Assembly (NCBI GenBank): GCA_965223335.1
Contig: OZ244991.1
Span: forward strand, 2,336,001-2,400,000
DNA length: 64,000 nt
DNA from: Thermodesulfobacteriota bacterium
GTDB taxonomy: Bacteria; Desulfobacterota_D; UBA1144; Nemesobacterales; UBA2774
Direction: 5' to 3'
Positions within the stretch are counted from its first letter, which is position 1; each line of letters begins with the position of its first letter. Positions 43,213-53,487 of this stretch are shown piece by piece. Position numbers and translations under genes: made by a program. Below the pieces are notes generated by a model. It did no database searches. It was not told the DNA's origin and saw nothing but the letters and a program-made list of their open reading frames with translations.

Positions 43213-43836
43213 ATGCCTACCGACCCTTCCTACATGGTCCCCGCACAAACCGTGCGCGAGGAATACGAGGTCAAACGTAGCCGCTTTATTGCAACAGTCG
43301 GCAGAGTTACTAACGGCACACAAGCCAAGGAGTTTATAGAAAAGGTCCGTTCCGAGTTCCCCGACGCCACACACCACTGCTACGGCTACGTGGCTGGCAA
43401 TCCCAACGACACTACCGATATAGGCCTCGGCGACGACGGTGAGGTCCCCGGCACCGCCGGCAAGCCCATACTGTCTATCCTCCAGCACAAGGGCATAGGC
43501 GAGGTCATCGCTGTGGTCACCCGCTACTTCGGCGGTACCAAGCTCGGCACCGGAGGGCTTGTCCGTGCCTACTCGACCGCGCTTAATAAAGCCCTCGACT
43601 CCCTAGAGCTCACCCCTCATTTCACCCTCTCGACCGCTGCTATAACCATCCCGTACAAGTACGAAAACGCAGTCCGACTGCTGCTCGGCAAGATGAATAT
43701 TGCAATTGAGAGGGTTGATCATACCGATTCGGTCCGACTCACTGTCAACGTATCCGACGATGTATCCGATAAACTTAGAGACGAAATTATGAACCACACC
43801 CATGGCGAGGCCACTTACGAGCCGGTTTCTGATTAA
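43213..43836 (+). CDS. yigZ: YigZ/IMPACT family protein
   Basis: KRSRFIA, DATHHCY, DDGE..GTAG, VTRYFGGTKLGTGGLVRAY. Confidence 0.92.
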   Translation: MPTDPSYMVPAQTVREEYEVKRSRFIATVGRVTNGTQAKEFIEKVRSEFPDATHHCYGYVAGNPNDTTDIGLGDDGEVPGTAGKPILSILQHKGIGEVIAVVTRYFGGTKLGTGGLVRAYSTALNKALDSLELTPHFTLSTAAITIPYKYENAVRLLLGKMNIAIERVDHTDSVRLTVNVSDDVSDKLRDEIMNHTHGEATYEPVSD

Positions 43837-43921
43837 TAATGCCCTTTTACCAATATCCACTTGCTTACTTCTCATAATTTATTTAGTATAAAATGCATTC
43901 ACCCAGCTACTCACACACAAG

Positions 43922-44566
43922 ATGAAATCAACGTACATATTCATATTCATTGCACTCTTCCTTCTACTCCACCCCCTGCCCTCTCACTCAGCCCCCGTCG
44001 ACTGCCCCACCATCGATCAAGCCGACAAACAAGCGCTCCTCACAAAGCTAAAAGACGGCAAGCTAAATATAGTGCTTCGACACACTACCAAGACAACTAA
44101 CGGTAATATTGAAGATTTCCCCTATCTCGAAGGCTGCATAGATGAATACCAAGTGCTCAACCAAAAGGGCTTAGACGAAGCAAGCACCATAGGCAAGACA
44201 CTACTACAGCTAGACATTCCGGTGGATGTTCACTACAGCGAGTTCTGCCGCACCTGCCAAACTGCGATTGTTGCGTTCGGCCCCGACCCCATTCACCCCG
44301 ATAAGTGGCTTAACCAATACTGCTGCCGGAAAGACGACTGCTGCAAGGACCACCTCTCCCGCGCCGTCACCTATAAGTACCAGGAAAATAAAAACAAGGT
44401 CTACATAACCCACAACTACAATATCAAATCCATCCGGCTAGACGGCAATAGCATTAACTACCCAAAGGGCTTCGGTGTGGCACTTGTGTTCGACCCCCAC
44501 ACCCGTCCCACCACCCAACTCCTCGCCTGCCTCATGCCCAACGACTGGCCCAAGCTGCTGGAATAA
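43922..44566 (+). CDS. secreted histidine phosphatase superfamily protein
   Basis: signal peptide; VLRH, S...RT.QTA, ITH. Confidence 0.75.
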   Translation: MKSTYIFIFIALFLLLHPLPSHSAPVDCPTIDQADKQALLTKLKDGKLNIVLRHTTKTTNGNIEDFPYLEGCIDEYQVLNQKGLDEASTIGKTLLQLDIPVDVHYSEFCRTCQTAIVAFGPDPIHPDKWLNQYCCRKDDCCKDHLSRAVTYKYQENKNKVYITHNYNIKSIRLDGNSINYPKGFGVALVFDPHTRPTTQLLACLMPNDWPKLLE

Positions 44567-44614
44567 TAACTTTCACACAATATTCCTACCCGTTGCTATC
44601 TCTCATACCCGGTC

Positions 44615-44989
44615 TCAACTATACGGCTCAACCGGCTTATTAAAATCCTCTGGATCCTTACCATACTCACACTTGGGACAGTACTCGACTGGGCGTAATC
44701 CCTTGATTCTACTCCATATACTAGAGTCCTTCATTTGATGCTGATAGATAGACACCCTGCAACGAGGGCATTTGATGAAAAATATTTGTACTGCGATATA
44801 TAAAAGGAGCAATCCCAAGAATACCGTGCCAGAGCTAAATTCCACTAAGAAAGCAGATTCAACATAACCAGCTGATACTAATACATATATTACAATATTA
44901 CACACTACAAGAGCCATCAATATCCTCATAATCCACACCTTGTAACCCTGCCCCGTCATCCTCACAAATTTATAGTTCTCTTCACTCAT
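44615..44989 (-). CDS. membrane protein with zinc ribbon
   Basis: two TMs then CPRC..CPKC; GGAGG upstream of ATG 44989. Confidence 0.65.
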   Translation of the reverse strand: MSEENYKFVRMTGQGYKVWIMRILMALVVCNIVIYVLVSAGYVESAFLVEFSSGTVFLGLLLLYIAVQIFFIKCPRCRVSIYQHQMKDSSIWSRIKGLRPVEYCPKCEYGKDPEDFNKPVEPYS

Positions 44990-45009
44990 TCTCTTATCCC
45001 TCCCACTCC

Positions 45010-45738
45010 TCACAAGATCCCAAACATCAGCCATTCCATAATCACACCCAGCACAAAAAATGGAAAAAACAAATAAATCCTCACCACATCCCATATACTA
45101 TCGATGTTAAACCAACTGGCATCATATATTCCCAATTCTCTATTATCCCAATCGTATCTTGCAGAATGCCTTGTAAATGGGAAAATCATATCAAAATAAT
45201 TATCGTCTGAACCATCATAATATTTATATAGTTTCAGTAGATTCTCGTGCTTTAAGTCTTTAATTGGTTTACCCCCGACACGTGCATCCATAAACTTTAA
45301 GTAACCCTCATTTTCATTGTCACGAGAATCGGTATCTACCTTAGGACTCATTCGCGGATACTTTTCATAAAGTCTCTTATTTAAAGGTATCAAGACTCCA
45401 CGCACCTTTTTTCTACCGCTCGGCATGTTGTTACCACTCATATGTCCTCTGACCTCAACTCCAATCCCGTGATTAATCCAGTACAGCTTTGTGTATTTAT
45501 ATATAAATTTTTTTTCGTTACTGACAATATCCGGCTTCCCCAGCTTGTCGTACCATAGTACCAATCGCGACCCCAGTACGAGCCCCTCATCCCCTAGCTC
45601 CTTTGCCACCACCGGCACTATCGGGTCTCCCACATTGTCATAAATCACATGTCGGCCTATCACCGTCCCCACATAGGAAAGCAAAATAATAAGCGACCAA
45701 ACCCCAATTATCTTCAATACAACCCGTAATATAGCCAA
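45010..45738 (-). CDS. membrane-anchored hypothetical protein
   Basis: N- and C-terminal TMs; AT-rich. Confidence 0.6.
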   Translation of the reverse strand: MAILRVVLKIIGVWSLIILLSYVGTVIGRHVIYDNVGDPIVPVVAKELGDEGLVLGSRLVLWYDKLGKPDIVSNEKKFIYKYTKLYWINHGIGVEVRGHMSGNNMPSGRKKVRGVLIPLNKRLYEKYPRMSPKVDTDSRDNENEGYLKFMDARVGGKPIKDLKHENLLKLYKYYDGSDDNYFDMIFPFTRHSARYDWDNRELGIYDASWFNIDSIWDVVRIYLFFPFFVLGVIMEWLMFGIL

Positions 45739-45787
45739 ATTACACCGTCGTACCAGTCATAATCCACTCCAAACAATTCATATAACA

Positions 45788-46489
45788 CTACTCCAGCGGC
45801 TGTCTGTAAATCTCATCTATCATAATCTCTTCGGCCACACCCAGTGCTTTCGGATCGTCATAGTAAAGCAAATTCTCGGCTATCATCTTGCTATAAGTAG
45901 GATCAGTCTGTCTATTCGCAGCTTCGATAATTAGATCTACGTCCACAATATCTTCAAATTCCAAAAGAGCCTTTACAGAATTAAGTACTATCTCCGGGTT
46001 ATCCGACTTAACACCCGTTTCCAACAACTCCAACGCCCTTTCATCCAACGTGGAACCTAACAACATTATGTATTGCCTTTTCTTGTCTAACTCAGTTTTT
46101 TTAGTCTTCGGTTCAAAGCCATTTTGATCACACCACACAAGAAAATCATTCGTATACTTGCCATTGCCCCTCTCGTCATATTTCCACGTTTGTACGGTTT
46201 CGGTATGAATCACGTTATGAGCAAGCCCGTACAGATAGTTCCAGTACTTATCCACAGGGTCTCGGCCCGACACTACTAAATGTTTAGCTATTACTGCTTT
46301 CACTCTCTCGTCTTCGAACTCATCAAACTTCCTTTCAAAATAATCTTCCATAGTTTCATTTCGGATATCTATCTTCTCCCCCTGATTGGTCTTCTCTAGA
46401 TGCTCATTGACATTTATCAGACCATAGATAATCAGTCCCCACAGACACGAACCTGCAATAGTTAATATGACGAGATTACGCGTTCTCAT
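45788..46489 (-). CDS. membrane-anchored protein with HEAT-like C-terminus
   Basis: N-terminal TM; LG...DERALELL...SDNPEI...KAL. Confidence 0.65.
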   Translation of the reverse strand: MRTRNLVILTIAGSCLWGLIIYGLINVNEHLEKTNQGEKIDIRNETMEDYFERKFDEFEDERVKAVIAKHLVVSGRDPVDKYWNYLYGLAHNVIHTETVQTWKYDERGNGKYTNDFLVWCDQNGFEPKTKKTELDKKRQYIMLLGSTLDERALELLETGVKSDNPEIVLNSVKALLEFEDIVDVDLIIEAANRQTDPTYSKMIAENLLYYDDPKALGVAEEIMIDEIYRQPLE

Positions 46490-46647
46490 AATGGAATACT
46501 CCCCGTGTTAGTAAATATTTCACTATATATAATAATACTGTAATTCTCTTATAAATGGGCAATATGTAGTGCTTTAGTGTATTAAGGATTGATTATCAAC
46601 TCTAGTTACAATTAATTTGCAATAGCGGCACTAGAATAAATGCTATA

Positions 46648-47168
46648 AAAAGGGGTCTGTCCCTCTTTACCCGTGGACTGACCCCGTATTTGCGTTTAGC
46701 TAAATGGGGACGAGCTAAATGGGGACGGAGCCCGTATTATATAACACCCTACTATTACTTACTATTCTATAATTAGGGACGGAGCCCTATTTTTTAGTGC
46801 ATGTCCCATATAGTGTCACAGACACCAATCCGACATTACAGCCGTTTAGCGTTAAGAAAATAGCGCAAAGGAGTCGTAAATTGGTTTTCGGGACCGGGGC
46901 GGCATTATCCCCCCTCTACCCCATCTTATCCCTACCTGCCGCTCATACACTACATTCGCTTACGGTCCCCATAGGCACTAAAGTTTCGGCACTCCCTTTT
47001 GAATGGGGCCTCTAGGCTCCCTTTTGGTCAAGCAAAAGTAGCAGATTACATCTGCAGGAATTTGTTTTGTGGTTTGCACTTAGGGGTCTGTCCCTCTTTA
47101 CCCGTGGACTGACCCCGTAGTTGCGGTAATCATCACAACTCTCGGTACTCCCATATGCAAGGGTGCCC
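46648..47168 (+). repeat. mosaic cluster: B, RAYT-leader-like palindromes, partial A alpha, C, B
   Basis: shared modules. Confidence 0.82.
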
Positions 47169-47747
47169 TTAAACCCCCGCGGGGTCCTCATGCTCCCTGC
47201 ACAAGAGCATGCTGTCCGCATCGGTAAGCGCTTCTTTGGTAAGCCCGCACTGGTGTGTGTCCCCAAGCCCTTTCCTTCTAAAGTAATTACAGGTCTTGCA
47301 TACCCCAAACTGATAGCCACGGTTTAGCCTCTGCATCCCCACCAACAGTGTTTTCAAAAGCCCACTTAGGTTCGTTCTATCCTTTTCACTCATCTCACTC
47401 AAAGCATCCCCGACCAGCTTTGGCACAGCCGCCCTCTCGACAAGCCTCTTGCCCCACGCAGTCAGTTTCAAGTGCACGACCCTTTTATCCTTCTTATCGT
47501 GGGATTTCTTCAAAAACCCCTTACGCTCAAGCACGTTTATGCTCTGTGAGGTCGTACCCTTTGTGGCCCCCACAAATTCCCCCACCGACTGGGGCGTGTC
47601 GCTGTAACGATTGCAGATCGATAGATAGGTAAGCATCTGGATATGCACCGGCAACAACCCCTCGGCACCGCCTTCGAGCCTTTGCTCAGCTCTCAGCAGA
47701 TTGTCCAACCTGCCTATAAAAGTCGCTATCTCTTTCCCTACGTCCAT
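47169..47747 (-). CDS. MarR-family transcriptional regulator with 4-Cys tail
   Basis: TKGTTSQS helix, DKKDKR wing, LT..G, GVCKTC...CREHE. Confidence 0.9.
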   Translation of the reverse strand: MDVGKEIATFIGRLDNLLRAEQRLEGGAEGLLPVHIQMLTYLSICNRYSDTPQSVGEFVGATKGTTSQSINVLERKGFLKKSHDKKDKRVVHLKLTAWGKRLVERAAVPKLVGDALSEMSEKDRTNLSGLLKTLLVGMQRLNRGYQFGVCKTCNYFRRKGLGDTHQCGLTKEALTDADSMLLCREHEDPAGV

Positions 47748-47756
47748 ACTATTATT

Positions 47757-47830
47757 GTATCGCCTCGATACGACCTTGACAATCCCCGCGCGTATTATAT
47801 ACTGAATTCATAGTATCGGGTCGATACTAT
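47757..47830. promoter_or_regulatory. divergent promoter with two GTATCG-N3-CGATAC operator palindromes
   Basis: palindromes at 47757-47771 and 47810-47830; TTGACA-N16-TATACT between them. Confidence 0.7.
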
Positions 47831-47854
47831 CATAACACACTAGGAGGTATGCTC

Positions 47855-48088
47855 ATGAGTAAAGCAGTCTTTTATCACGCAGGTTGTCCGGTATGTGTCA
47901 GTGCCGAGCAGGGTCTGGCGCACGCGCTTGACCGCTCTAAGTACGAAGTCGAGGTTGTCCACCTAGGAGAAGACAAAGGGCGTCTCCAAGAGGCCGATGC
48001 TTTGGGTGTTAAGTCCGTGCCCGCACTCGCAGTAAACGGCGAGGTGTTTCACATCAACTTCGGCGCATCTATAGACGACCTCAGATAG
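47855..48088 (+). CDS. small thioredoxin/glutaredoxin-like protein
   Basis: HAGCPVC, cis-Pro SVP; GGAGG RBS. Confidence 0.88.
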   Translation: MSKAVFYHAGCPVCVSAEQGLAHALDRSKYEVEVVHLGEDKGRLQEADALGVKSVPALAVNGEVFHINFGASIDDLR

Positions 48089-48099
48089 TCATCCTCATT

Positions 48100-48330
48100 G
48101 CAGCAGATTACATCTGCAGGAATATGTTGTGTATCGTGCTCAAGGGTTCTGTCCCTCTTTACCCATGGACTGACCCCGTAGTTACGGTAATCATCACAAC
48201 TCTCGGTACTCCCTCAAAACGGTGTCCGTGTGCCCCCCCACAAAAAAAGGCGGGAGGTTCGTGAAATCCTCCCCCGCCTTACTTATAAAAAAAGGGGACT
48301 GTCCCGCCTTATCATGTGGACTGTCCCCTT
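48100..48330 (+). repeat. mosaic cluster: GCAGATTACATCTGC module + 2x B
   Basis: shared modules. Confidence 0.8.
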
Positions 48331-48364
48331 TTTAACTTTTTTAAATCAGGTGTTAATACGGTTC

Positions 48365-48850
48365 CTACGGTGCCGACCACACGGCCCTGGCACACATTGC
48401 ACGCACCTCGAGCCTTATGCAGTTGTTAACCGCTCCGCTATCTGCGCGGTGCACCGATGTCACCCAACTACTCTTGTTGGTAGACCTATTGTTAGAAGCA
48501 TAGTTCTCGACCACAAATAGTTCGTTTTGATTTATCGTCGTCCCATTGGCAATGATCCTATACCCCCCGCCTATGGCCGCAAAGCCTTCCTGGCAAAGCG
48601 CCTCAAACCTCTGGGTCTTCCCGGCAATCATGCTTATCTCACTACGCGTGCCCACCTCTACAATCTCGAGCCCACCCGACATAAACCTGTTTATAACCGG
48701 CGTGCCGCAGCGCTCCGAGCACGACACTCCCTCTGTGCGTGTGCACGAGAGGTCCAATAGCCCCTCCTCGCTACCCTGGGCAAACCCCATCGGCGCACCA
48801 AGCGCCATCAACATCACAGCCATTCCTAATCCTATGATGTATCTCCTCAT
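48365..48850 (-). CDS. secreted Cys-containing protein
   Basis: signal peptide; A.C..G..AIGGGY ... AMCA. Confidence 0.7.
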   Translation of the reverse strand: MRRYIIGLGMAVMLMALGAPMGFAQGSEEGLLDLSCTRTEGVSCSERCGTPVINRFMSGGLEIVEVGTRSEISMIAGKTQRFEALCQEGFAAIGGGYRIIANGTTINQNELFVVENYASNNRSTNKSSWVTSVHRADSGAVNNCIRLEVRAMCARAVWSAP

Positions 48851-49053
48851 TCTAACCTCCTTTGCTTTGGAATTTGTCTTGTACTTCTTGGTTAACCCTA
48901 TTCTAAAACACAGGTTCCAATAATGCAATCCCCCTAACTCATTAAATATAAACGTGCTCCTGTTTACGCCACACTTGGCAATATCCCTTGGATTTTTACA
49001 GCTCGGTATTTACAGCCAGACCCCCCCTGCACCCGCGGACTCATAAAAGGTGT

Positions 49054-49635
49054 TTAATGATGCAGATCCCTTGTGCTTTCCTCGTACTCGTGACAGATCT
49101 TCACACTGTCCTCATCCGTAAGCGCTTCCTGCGCCAGCCCGCACCAATTGGTCCTGCTGAGCCCGTTTTGCCTAAAGTGACGACACGTAGAACAGGTCCC
49201 AAACACTTTCCCGCCGTTCGTGCGCTTAATCCCCTTTAACATCTCGGTCAACAGCCCGTCCAACAACTGCCTGTTCTCAGACTTAAGGCCGATTATCGCC
49301 GATACAACATGGTGCGGAGGGTAATGCTGACACACATATTTATTCCCCTTTTCCGTAAGCTCATAACGCATAGCCCCGTCCGGACTCACACTCTCTATAA
49401 GCTCCTTGTCCTCAAGCAGTCTAATTGCACTCTTCACTGCTTCGGCTTTGCAACCCACAAACTCCCCTATAGCCTGCGGTATCTTACTGTATTTATTACA
49501 CATATACAGATATCCTAATATCTGAGTATGCAGAGGTTCTATCTCCAAATCGTACCCTTTTGCAATCTCATCGTCCCTAATCATATTACCTATTCGCTCG
49601 ATCAATGTTAGCAACTTGATATATTCCATGATCAC
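49054..49635 (-). CDS. MarR-family protein with 4-Cys tail
   Basis: YLYMCNKYS, LTEKG, GTCSTC...CHEYE. Confidence 0.8.
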   Translation of the reverse strand: MIMEYIKLLTLIERIGNMIRDDEIAKGYDLEIEPLHTQILGYLYMCNKYSKIPQAIGEFVGCKAEAVKSAIRLLEDKELIESVSPDGAMRYELTEKGNKYVCQHYPPHHVVSAIIGLKSENRQLLDGLLTEMLKGIKRTNGGKVFGTCSTCRHFRQNGLSRTNWCGLAQEALTDEDSVKICHEYEESTRDLHH

Positions 49636-49861
49636 CTCTGATTACTAATGATAACTAATATTACGGCCATTACCTTTTCATGTCAATCCTATAGTCTCAC
49701 ATTCACTACACACATAGCTCTAGACATATAAATAGTATGTAATTGTTATGAGTTACGGTAAGCACAGCAACACCCATTACATAGAAAAGAACAAGAACAA
49801 GTACAAACAATAATTACCGAAAGATGCAGTTAACTGGTTAACTTATTGTTCTGAGTACTTT

Positions 49862-49897
49862 AAAAAATAAGGGCGCATCCAGCCAAAATGCGCCCTT
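49862..49897 (-). terminator. intrinsic terminator preceded by CCTCCTT
   Basis: AAGGGCGCAT/ATGCGCCCTT stem plus T-run on the minus strand. Confidence 0.5.
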
Positions 49898-50432
49898 AAA
49901 AGGAGGATTAAGCATACACTTAAATCCACGAGTATAGAATTTTCAGAACTTAAGCCTTCACGCCCCAATAAACACAGATGACCAATCCGCACAAATATAT
50001 CATTTGCTTACAGGCGGTTATGTATTTCTATTGTGTTTCCGATGGAATAACGGCTTGTGGTATCGAGCACTGTTCATGCGATATATATTTCTTATACATA
50101 CATCAACAGCACTAAGAAGATCAATGATGTAGTTACCAAAATTAGCCTTATATCCATCACCAGTCCGCTACAAAACTATATTCGTGGTAACAACTAACAC
50201 ATCCAAAACAAAACAGATATGTATAATATATATTAATACTGATTACATATTTGTCAATATCTCTCGAGAATTCTCCACAGCTAACAACTAGTTAACATCA
50301 ATGAATGTTTAATGCTTAGGATAATAAGTAGGGGATCTTGCTCCAGTGATGCCGCTAGGCTCCTCACATCTCTTTGCAAGTTCCCCTACTCAGGCGTCTG
50401 ATATGCCTGTGGAGGCGAAGATTAGGTGGTAT

Positions 50433-51095
50433 CTATGCCACTCGGTCACTTAATAGTGCTTCGTCAATGTTGTATCTGGTATCTCCCGATACATCTACCG
50501 CAATGTCCATACTTGCAGTATCCATACCAATCTCATTTTTCTGCAGATGAGCATGTATTGCCTGATTAAAAGTCTCTTCCACCCCTATCCCTTTATCAGC
50601 TATGGCATCTACCCTCGGCAGTTTATAGTCAAAGTTGTTTAAGAGCTTAAACGGCACCACACCCACCAGGTCGCGCTTATTAAACTGTATAACCGTGGTC
50701 ACATCCTCGGGCTCCCTGCAGTGCGTGTTCTTGATGATATCCTTTACTTCCTCATAGGCGATGATGTTCTCGGTAACCTTCTCTGGGTCTAGGTCCACCA
50801 CAAACACCATTATGTCCATGTCCTCCATCAACTTCTTCCTCATCGACCTATACACACTTTTTCCGGGCACCGATAGCGCCGACACATTGATACACTCACT
50901 GCCGTTATCATAGAGCTTCTTCGAGATCGTATCAAAGCTGAATATTTTGTCACCCAGCTTGGTGTCGTCCGCCACACTTACCCCCCAGAGCCCTGCCAAA
51001 TAGTTAATATTTGCGGTCTTTCCCGCCTCGTGGAGTCCAGTGTAGACGACCTTTAGGTTGTAAAAGGTTTTCTTCCCTATGTTTTGTACTTTCAT
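50433..51095 (-). CDS. MglA-like small GTPase (degenerate)
   Basis: G1 GLHEAGKT, G3 SVPGK, G4 NKRD. Confidence 0.75.
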   Translation of the reverse strand: MKVQNIGKKTFYNLKVVYTGLHEAGKTANINYLAGLWGVSVADDTKLGDKIFSFDTISKKLYDNGSECINVSALSVPGKSVYRSMRKKLMEDMDIMVFVVDLDPEKVTENIIAYEEVKDIIKNTHCREPEDVTTVIQFNKRDLVGVVPFKLLNNFDYKLPRVDAIADKGIGVEETFNQAIHAHLQKNEIGMDTASMDIAVDVSGDTRYNIDEALLSDRVA

Positions 51096-51287
51096 ATTTC
51101 ACTCTCCGTTCATTCCGCTTCTCTCAACATGCCAATCCTCCAAATGGCACGTTATTTAAATTATAGGCACACGTCCACTCTGTTATCTATTGGGGAATCA
51201 CCCCATTTTATCTAGGGTGATTTACTATATGGTGTGGATCGGCTCTCAAGACCCAACTCATTATGTTTGGTGGTTCGCCTTTCCTAA

Positions 51288-51625
51288 ATGGGGTCATAGA
51301 CCCCAATCCCGACATTCAGCTATTAGCATGAATAAAATAGCGCAATGGAGTCGTAAATTGGTTTTCGGGGGTGTGGTCGGATTAAAATCAATTAGACGGA
51401 ATTAGCTATTTTTAGCTAATCGCTGTTAGTCGGTGACTTTTGGCTACTTTTGGTCAAGCAAAAGTAGCAAATTAATAGGTAATTAATATCGGCCTACTGA
51501 GATATTATCCCTAGTGCCAACAAACATCCGGTACTAAGTTTTGCATGAGGTCATAGACCCCGACCTCTTTATTTTGTTCCTCCCGGTCGGTCGCAAAAGA
51601 CCGCTCCCTAGCGGTCCCCATTGGC
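51288..51625 (+). repeat. mosaic cluster: A alpha (51288-51468) + C
   Basis: shared modules. Confidence 0.85.
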
Positions 51626-51657
51626 ACTTTCGTAATGGTAACGAGGACAATAACCCC

Positions 51658-52317
51658 CTATTCCCCTGTCACAATAGCATTATCTGCAACATCACCGGTG
51701 TTATACAAGACCGACCGCTCGCCCACATCCAGGTTGCTTAGCTTTATGGGAACATCGTGTTTTTTCAAAAACAGGTTAAGCGCTTTTAAAAAGGTATCCA
51801 TCACCCCTATGCCCCGCCGTGCCACCGTATCCACCACGGGGTAGCTGCCCCTGAGTTCAGCTACTATCCGGCGCGACTTTTTCGTAGCAATATCGGCCTT
51901 GTTGTACTGCAGCACCGTAGTCAGGTCCTCCATCCGCCGGCCGTGAATGTTCTCCACAATATCCCGAACGTCCTTATACGCAGCAAAGTTTTTTGTAATC
52001 CTTGCGGGGTCCAGGTCCACAACAAACACCATTATGTCCATGTCCTCCATCACTTTCTCGCGAATGGTCCTGTACTGCATCTGCCCGGGCACAGAATAGG
52101 CCGACACCCTTACGATCTTATTACCCCGGTCGATCACTTTTTTAGAGAAATGGTCAAAATATATGGTCCTCTCGCCCACTTTGGTAAGTACCGCAGTCTC
52201 GATATTCCAAATATCCGCAAGTATACGTAGGTTGGACGTTTTACCGGCCAGAGGCAGACCGGTATACACGATCTTTATGTTGTAGAGCATCTTTTCGCCG
52301 ATCCTGTAAACTCGCAT
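51658..52317 (-). CDS. MglA-like small GTPase
   Basis: KIVYTGLPLAGKTSNL, ERTIYFD, SVPGQ, QYNKAD. Confidence 0.8.
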   Translation of the reverse strand: MRVYRIGEKMLYNIKIVYTGLPLAGKTSNLRILADIWNIETAVLTKVGERTIYFDHFSKKVIDRGNKIVRVSAYSVPGQMQYRTIREKVMEDMDIMVFVVDLDPARITKNFAAYKDVRDIVENIHGRRMEDLTTVLQYNKADIATKKSRRIVAELRGSYPVVDTVARRGIGVMDTFLKALNLFLKKHDVPIKLSNLDVGERSVLYNTGDVADNAIVTGE

Positions 52318-52399
52318 CAGTATAAAACTCCGTTAATCAAAAAACCGCTCTTATCAGAAATGTAAAGGGGTCTAATACAAAGTATAATTCACAAATACC

Positions 52400-53473
52400 C
52401 TAAAGCATACTCCCGGCGTTTATCTCCACCGCCAGGGGATAAAACCTCTCCATCATCAGCCTTATCAGGTTATACACACGCTCTTCGTTCCCTACATACG
52501 ACTCGAGCTTTATCACGGGGATCTGAAGGTTAAACAACGTACCCAGGCGAAAATCCCTCCACGCATCGTCAAAGCTATAGTGATGCACCCCCTCACGCAC
52601 AAGCTCCATCCACCATGTATTTACCAGCTTATCCGCCCTGCCCTCCCTAAGCTCCGCATTTATACTCCCACCCACCAGCTTGGCCACATCTAGCGCTCCC
52701 ATCGACCTCACCGTCAGGTCCCAGTCAAGCGGCACAATGCTAAGCGACCCGTTTTGCTCGGCCATAAGCAGGTTATCGGCCCCATAGGCATAGTGCGTCA
52801 CTGTCTTTGGACGCGTATCGACAATCTCCCAGAGCCTCTCAAAATTGTCGTTTACCTTCTTCCCTATTTCCAGGAAGTCCTTGGGCAGATCAGTGCCAAA
52901 AAAGTCACGAAAGTGCTCCCACCTCTCGCCCCCTCCTATATGCATAAACGCATCCGGTGTGTAGTTGCGCTCGGGCATCCAAAACAACTTGTGCACGTCT
53001 TCGTGCTCCCACAACGATGCATGGACCCTGGCAATCACTTTAAGCGCCTCTTTTGCCTGCTCCAACGTCAGGCCCTCCATCCTGTCCGCAGGGGCATAGT
53101 CCGCCATGTCTTCGAGCAACACCACAAACTCAAGTGAATCCGGGTCCCTGGACGCTCCGTAACACTTGGGCAAACGCGTGCCGACAATGGGCGCAATGTG
53201 TTTGTAAAATAGCGCCTCGCGACCATAGTCATGGGCCGAATCCCCTATCAGCTTTGCGTCGGGGTCGGGGACTTTAACTATCATTGTTTTTGGCAGGTCC
53301 CCAATGTCTTCGTTTTCGTATGTAAGTTCAATCCGTACTATCCCATGCAGAAGCCCTATACTCATCGGCCCCAACTTGGTGGCACGTATATCCACAACTT
53401 TAGTCTCTACAGGATCTCCCCACTCCTCCAATACCCCGTTTATCCAATCAACTGTAAAATGCTCAAGCCTCAT
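52400..53473 (-). CDS. ecdysteroid-kinase/aminoglycoside phosphotransferase-like protein (probable pseudokinase)
   Basis: IVK, RE..FY, P.CY, LLED, DW; HYA in place of HGD. Confidence 0.75.
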   Translation of the reverse strand: MRLEHFTVDWINGVLEEWGDPVETKVVDIRATKLGPMSIGLLHGIVRIELTYENEDIGDLPKTMIVKVPDPDAKLIGDSAHDYGREALFYKHIAPIVGTRLPKCYGASRDPDSLEFVVLLEDMADYAPADRMEGLTLEQAKEALKVIARVHASLWEHEDVHKLFWMPERNYTPDAFMHIGGGERWEHFRDFFGTDLPKDFLEIGKKVNDNFERLWEIVDTRPKTVTHYAYGADNLLMAEQNGSLSIVPLDWDLTVRSMGALDVAKLVGGSINAELREGRADKLVNTWWMELVREGVHHYSFDDAWRDFRLGTLFNLQIPVIKLESYVGNEERVYNLIRLMMERFYPLAVEINAGSML

Positions 53474-53487
53474 CTCTCATACGCCCT

